Part shown: one piece after another, positions 59,810-64,000 of the stretch
How positions within the stretch are numbered: position 1 is the first letter of the stretch
Layout: each line of letters starts with the position of its first letter
From: an uncultured Actinomycetota bacterium
GTDB lineage: Bacteria; Actinomycetota; Actinomycetes; JAHEKZ01
Assembly: GCA_963743915.1 (NCBI GenBank)
Contig: CAVURN010000001.1
Coordinates: 384,001 to 448,000 of the forward strand
Length of the DNA: 64,000 bases
Direction: 5' to 3'
The notes under the pieces: generated by a model
Told to the model about the DNA's origin: nothing
Database searches by the model: none
Seen by the model: only the letters and a program-made list of their open reading frames with translations
Translations under genes and position numbers: made by a program

Positions 59810-60685
59810 GTGACCAGTGAGGCGACGCTGCTCGACGCGCTCCGCGCGGTCCCTGGCGTGGCCGCGGCCGACATCGAGCCGGACGAGCGTCCGGACGGGG
59901 CGGGCACCCTGCGGCTCCAACTGGCACCGGGTGCCGACGAGATCGCCGTCGCCACCAGTGTGAACCGCGTGCTGCGTGAGCAGTTCGGCCTCGCGGTGGA
60001 CGCCGGGCGCGTCCAGGTCGTCGAGGAGTCCCTCCCCGTCGTCCCCCCAGCGCCGTCGGTGGCCGAGAGCCAGCCCGACAGCCCGCCGGCGAGCCCCCTG
60101 ACCGCCCCTCCGGCCGGTCAGGCCGCACCGGCCCCCGAGCCGGTGGCCGAGAGCACCTCGCGACCGTTGCTCACCGCCGTCCCCAGCTACTCCGACGCCA
60201 CCCTGGAGGCGCCGGCCCAGCTCGAGACGGCCCGGCTCGAAACGGCTGAGCCGGACGACGAGCTGACCCCGCAGCTGGTCGAGTCGACCCGCCCGCCGCG
60301 CATCCTCATCCAGCGGATGCAGCTCGTGTCGGCAGGGCTGGGCGTGACCACCTCGGTGTCGCTCACCTGGCTCGGCGACTCGTTCGTGGGTGAGTCGTCA
60401 GCGGCGGCCACCCCGTCGAGCGTCCACCGGTCCGTCGCCGTCGCCACCCTTCGGGCTTTGGAGGAGGTCGTCGGCAGCGCTGCCCGCTTCGAGCTCGAGC
60501 AGCTCGAGATCAACCAGCTCGGGCCCGACCGGGCCGTCGTGGTGGTCGTCGCCATGCTCACCCGGGTGGGCTCGGAGCGGCTGACCGGCGTCTCCGTCGT
60601 CCGCGAGGACGTGCGTCAGGCGGTCATCCGGGCCACCCTGGACGCCCTCAACCGCCGCCTCGAGTCACTGCTGCACCCGGCGTGA
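59810..60685 (+). CDS. Hypothetical two-domain protein with a Pro-rich linker
   Basis: Typical codon usage; C-terminus AVIRATLDALNRR resembles the LeuA allosteric-domain pattern. Confidence 0.7.
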   Translation: MTSEATLLDALRAVPGVAAADIEPDERPDGAGTLRLQLAPGADEIAVATSVNRVLREQFGLAVDAGRVQVVEESLPVVPPAPSVAESQPDSPPASPLTAPPAGQAAPAPEPVAESTSRPLLTAVPSYSDATLEAPAQLETARLETAEPDDELTPQLVESTRPPRILIQRMQLVSAGLGVTTSVSLTWLGDSFVGESSAAATPSSVHRSVAVATLRALEEVVGSAARFELEQLEINQLGPDRAVVVVVAMLTRVGSERLTGVSVVREDVRQAVIRATLDALNRRLESLLHPA

Positions 60686-61578
60686 CCGCCCCGCACTTCT
60701 CGGGGGAGGAGCGCGAGGTGGGCGGCTGCACGCTCTTCGTGCGCGACTCGGCGCAGGCCACCGGGACTGGCCGTCCCACCGCGGTCATGGTGCACGGTCT
60801 GGGAGGTCAGTCCACCAACTGGACCGACCTGATGGCCGAGCTGACCGAGGTGGACGCCTGGGCCCTCGACCTGCCGGGATTCGGCTGGTCCCCGCCGCCG
60901 GTCGACGGCGACTACTCCCTCACGGCGGACGCCGAGCTGGTGGCTGCTCTCGTCGAGCAGCTCCACGGGGAGCGCGGGGGACCGGTCCACCTGTTCGGCA
61001 ACTCGCTCGGCGGCGCGGTCGCGGTGCTCGCGGCTGCCGCGCGCCCCGACCTGGTGGCCAGCCTCACCTTGATCTCACCGGCGCTGCCCGACCTCCGCCC
61101 GCGACGGGACACGCTCGGCGTCCCCGCCGTGGCCGTCCCCGGCCTGGGCAAGCAGCTGTACCAGCGCATGGCTCGGGTGCCCGCCGAGCGGCAGGTGCAG
61201 GGCATGGTCGCCCTCAACTACGGAGATGCGGGCACCTTCTCCCCGCAGCGCCGCGCCGAGGCGATCGCCGAGGTCCACCGTCGGCTGGCCCTGCCCTATG
61301 CCGGTGAGGCGCTCTCCGGTGCGGCCCGGGGCCTCCTCCGGGCCTTCGTCGACCCGGGTCCTTCCGGGCTGTGGGCCGCGGCGTCGCGCGTCACCTGCCC
61401 GACGCTCGTGCTCTACGGCGGCCGTGACCGTCTCGTCGACCCTCGGCGCAGCCGCCGAGCGGCACGGGCGATGAGGCACGCCCGGATCGTGATGCTCCCC
61501 CGGGCCGGTCACGTCGCCCAGATGGAGGATCCGCGGCTGGTGGCCCGGTTCGTCCGACCGATGGTCGCCGCGGCGTGA
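60682..61578 (+). CDS. Alpha/beta hydrolase
   Basis: HGLGG, DLPGFG, GNSLGG, GHVAQME. Confidence 0.9.
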   Translation: MTAPHFSGEEREVGGCTLFVRDSAQATGTGRPTAVMVHGLGGQSTNWTDLMAELTEVDAWALDLPGFGWSPPPVDGDYSLTADAELVAALVEQLHGERGGPVHLFGNSLGGAVAVLAAAARPDLVASLTLISPALPDLRPRRDTLGVPAVAVPGLGKQLYQRMARVPAERQVQGMVALNYGDAGTFSPQRRAEAIAEVHRRLALPYAGEALSGAARGLLRAFVDPGPSGLWAAASRVTCPTLVLYGGRDRLVDPRRSRRAARAMRHARIVMLPRAGHVAQMEDPRLVARFVRPMVAAA

Positions 61579-62408
61579 GCGGTCCGTCGCTTCCGGACGC
61601 GCTTCTCGACGCGGTGCCGGACCTCCGAAGGGCCGCGTGGTTCCCGCTGCCGGGGCTGTCGGGGGGCGCCTGGCGGGCAGAGGTCGGGGACGGCCCCCCG
61701 TGCGTCGTCCGTGGTGCTGGACCGCTGGAGATCGCCGCGACCCGCCGTGCGGCGTCGCTGCGCGTGGGACCCGCGGTGCGGGGCTCCGCCGAGGGGTGGT
61801 TGGTGACCGAGCTCGTGGCCGGCCCGCACGTCGGCACGCTCGAGCTGAGCCGACCCGCGGTGCTCGACGACGTCGCTCACCTGCTGTACCGCTGGCACCG
61901 CACCGCGTTGGGGGCGCCCCGGCGGCCGTTGCACGTCGCGCGCGCCACCTATCGGGAGAGCGCGCTGGTCGCGAACCCGGGGCTGGTGGAGGCACTGGCG
62001 CCGTGGGAGGCCGCTGCCGGCCGTCACGAGACCGAGCTGCTGGAACGTCCGGCCGGGGAGGTGACCGGCCACCTCGATGTGGCCGCGAACCTGTTGCGGA
62101 CGCCGCACGGCCTGCGGCTCATCGACTTCGAGTACGTCGCCGCCGCCGATCCGAACCGCGAGCTCGGCCAGCTGGTCTGGGAGGCCGAGCTCTCCGACGC
62201 GTCCGCCCGCCGGTTGACCGAGGCGTACTGGCGGCCCGTCGGCGACGCGGCCCGGCACCTGCTGGACGTGGGGGCGTGGGCTTTCGTCACCGGCGTCACC
62301 TGGACACTCTGGGGCGCCGGCAACCCGGGGCTGGCGCTGTGGACAAGGCGAAGCGCCGAACGTCTGAGGCGCCACTGGACGCGGGCCGCTCTGGACGACA
62401 CGCCGTAG
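61575..62408 (+). CDS. Phosphotransferase (choline kinase/APH fold)
   Basis: GLSG loop, HLDVAANLL, LIDFEY. Confidence 0.72.
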   Translation: MSGPSLPDALLDAVPDLRRAAWFPLPGLSGGAWRAEVGDGPPCVVRGAGPLEIAATRRAASLRVGPAVRGSAEGWLVTELVAGPHVGTLELSRPAVLDDVAHLLYRWHRTALGAPRRPLHVARATYRESALVANPGLVEALAPWEAAAGRHETELLERPAGEVTGHLDVAANLLRTPHGLRLIDFEYVAAADPNRELGQLVWEAELSDASARRLTEAYWRPVGDAARHLLDVGAWAFVTGVTWTLWGAGNPGLALWTRRSAERLRRHWTRAALDDTP

Positions 62409-62508
62409 CCACCGGGCACTTTGAAGGAAATCACCCTCCACAGGGCCCTTCTCTGGTTGTCTGCGCGATGGGTCCGAGGCGGAGTGCGGACGGACCCCCA
62501 GCGGACGG

Positions 62509-62544
62509 CCCCCCTGCTCTGCGTCCCCCCTCGGAGCAGGGGGG
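62509..62544 (+). terminator. GC-rich stem-loop, likely intrinsic terminator
   Basis: CCCCCCTGCTC...GAGCAGGGGGG followed by tctctgctgt. Confidence 0.6.
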
Positions 62545-62618
62545 TCTCTGCTGTCCGGCGCCCGCTGCCCGGCGACCCGGTGAGGGGACCAGCTGTCCAC
62601 GATGCGGACGCTGTTCTC

Positions 62619-62645
62619 GGAATGCGGGCGGCTCCGGCACAGTTG
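62619..62645 (+). promoter_or_regulatory. SigR/SigH-type promoter of moeZ
   Basis: GGAAT-N18-GTTG; moeB/moeZ genes are known SigR/SigH regulon members in actinomycetes. Confidence 0.75.
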
Positions 62646-62701
62646 GAGACAAGGTCGGCGCCGCCGCGTCGTCCTGACCCCGCACCCGATGGAGCTCGCC
62701 C

Positions 62702-63895
62702 GTGTCCAGCCTGCCCCCGCTCGTCGAGCCCGCTGACGCGCTGTCGGTCGACGAGGTCAAGCGCTACTCGCGCCACGTCATCATCCCCGAGGTGGCGATG
62801 GACGGTCAGAAGCGGCTGAAGAACGCGCGCGTCCTGGCGATCGGCGCTGGTGGCCTCGGTTCCCCGACGCTCCTCTATCTGGCGGCCGCCGGCGTCGGCA
62901 CGATCGGCATCGTCGAGTTCGACGTGGTCGACGAGTCGAACCTGCAACGTCAGGTCATCCACGGCCAGAGTGACGTGGGTCGCTCGAAGGCAGAGTCGGC
63001 CCGCGACTCGATCAAGGAGATCAACCCCTTCGTGACCGTCCAGGTGCACGAGGAACGGCTGGACTCGAGCAACGTCCTGCAGATCTTCGGCCAGTACGAC
63101 CTCATCGTCGACGGCACGGACAACTTCGCCACGCGCTACCTGGTCAACGATGCAGCCGTCCTGCTCGGCAAGCCCTACGTGTGGGGCTCGATCTACCGCT
63201 TCGACGGCCAGGCCAGCGTGTTCTGGGCCGAGCACGGCCCCTGCTACCGCTGCCTCTACCCCGAGCCCCCGCCGCCCGGCATGGTCCCCTCCTGCGCCGA
63301 GGGTGGCGTTCTCGGCGTGATGGCGGGCACCGTCGGGACCTTCCAGGCGAACGAGGCGATCAAGCTCATCACCGGCATCGGCGAGAGCCTGGTGGGCCAG
63401 CTGGTCATCTACGACGCCCTCGAGGCGCGCGTCCGCAAGGTGCGGATCCGCAAGGACCCGAGCTGCGCAGTCTGTGGCGAGAACCCGACGGTGACCGAGC
63501 TCATCGACTACGAGGCGTTCTGCGGCACCATCTCGCAGGAGGCGGCGGACGCCGCACGCGAGTCGACGATCAGCGTGCGCGACCTGCAGCAGATGCTGGC
63601 GGCCCGCGAGCGTGGTGAGACCGACTTCCTGCTGGTCGACGTCCGGGAGCCGGCGGAGCGCGAGATCGTGGCGATCGCGGGGTCTGAGCTGATCCCCAAG
63701 AACGAGTTCCTGCTGGGGAACGCCCTCGAGTCGCTGCCCCAGGACAAGCCGGTGGTTCTCTACTGCAAGGTGGGCGGTCGGTCGGCAGAGGTGCTCGCGG
63801 TCGTCAAGGGCGCGGGCTTCGCCAATGCCCAGCACGTCGGCGGCGGTGTCGTGGCGTGGGTCAACCAGATCGAGCCCGACAAGCCCACGTACTGA
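62702..63895 (+). CDS. moeZ: Adenylyltransferase/sulfurtransferase MoeZ (MoeB + rhodanese)
   Basis: RYSRH, GAGGLGS, SNLQRQ, DGTDNF, CYRC, SCAEGG, rhodanese YCKVGGRS. Confidence 0.93.
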   Translation: MSSLPPLVEPADALSVDEVKRYSRHVIIPEVAMDGQKRLKNARVLAIGAGGLGSPTLLYLAAAGVGTIGIVEFDVVDESNLQRQVIHGQSDVGRSKAESARDSIKEINPFVTVQVHEERLDSSNVLQIFGQYDLIVDGTDNFATRYLVNDAAVLLGKPYVWGSIYRFDGQASVFWAEHGPCYRCLYPEPPPPGMVPSCAEGGVLGVMAGTVGTFQANEAIKLITGIGESLVGQLVIYDALEARVRKVRIRKDPSCAVCGENPTVTELIDYEAFCGTISQEAADAARESTISVRDLQQMLAARERGETDFLLVDVREPAEREIVAIAGSELIPKNEFLLGNALESLPQDKPVVLYCKVGGRSAEVLAVVKGAGFANAQHVGGGVVAWVNQIEPDKPTY

Positions 63896-63934
63896 GTAGA
63901 CCATCGACCTTGAGCGCTGGTTCATAATTCTGCG

Positions 63935-64000
63935 ATGACGCTACGGATTGACTGCCTCACGATCGACTGCTCCGACCCTCAGCTGTTGGCCGACTTCTGG
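63935..64000 (+). CDS. VOC family protein, 5' part (truncated by the window edge)
   Basis: MTLRIDCLTIDCSDPQLLADFW; CATAAT 6 nt before the ATG suggests a leaderless transcript. Confidence 0.7.
   Translation, partial: MTLRIDCLTIDCSDPQLLADFW

Overview
High-GC actinobacterial (class Actinomycetes) chromosomal segment with about 70 protein-coding genes. It is mostly conserved core synteny: whiB-GT2-DUF5719-DUF3499-manB-Trm112-SIS-CDF-ahcY; RDD/SpoIIM; pgi; fdxA-dapC; dapD/dapE; LOG-folP-DivIVA-like-DUF3117-O-methyltransferase-htrA-tatB-mrp-DUF1003-mgtE; and DEAD helicase-ferritin-like-DUF3107-TetR-moeZ. Accessory genes are interleaved: an orphan MshEN-PilB/GspE ATPase, a TPP-riboswitch-controlled NCS1 (CytX-like) permease, an HD-GYP/LuxR-DsrE-ArsM-like methyltransferase module, three ethylmalonyl-CoA-pathway-like genes, and a four-gene corrinoid operon (corrinoid protein-MetF-ASKHA reductive activase-DUF1638). 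The first gene of the corrinoid operon has a sharply anomalous G/T-skewed codon usage and a structured upstream region. Six apparent +1 frameshifts in four otherwise intact genes look like long-read consensus errors. I saw no rRNA, tRNA, CRISPR array, transposase or phage genes. All product calls come from motif and family recognition by eye, not from database searches.
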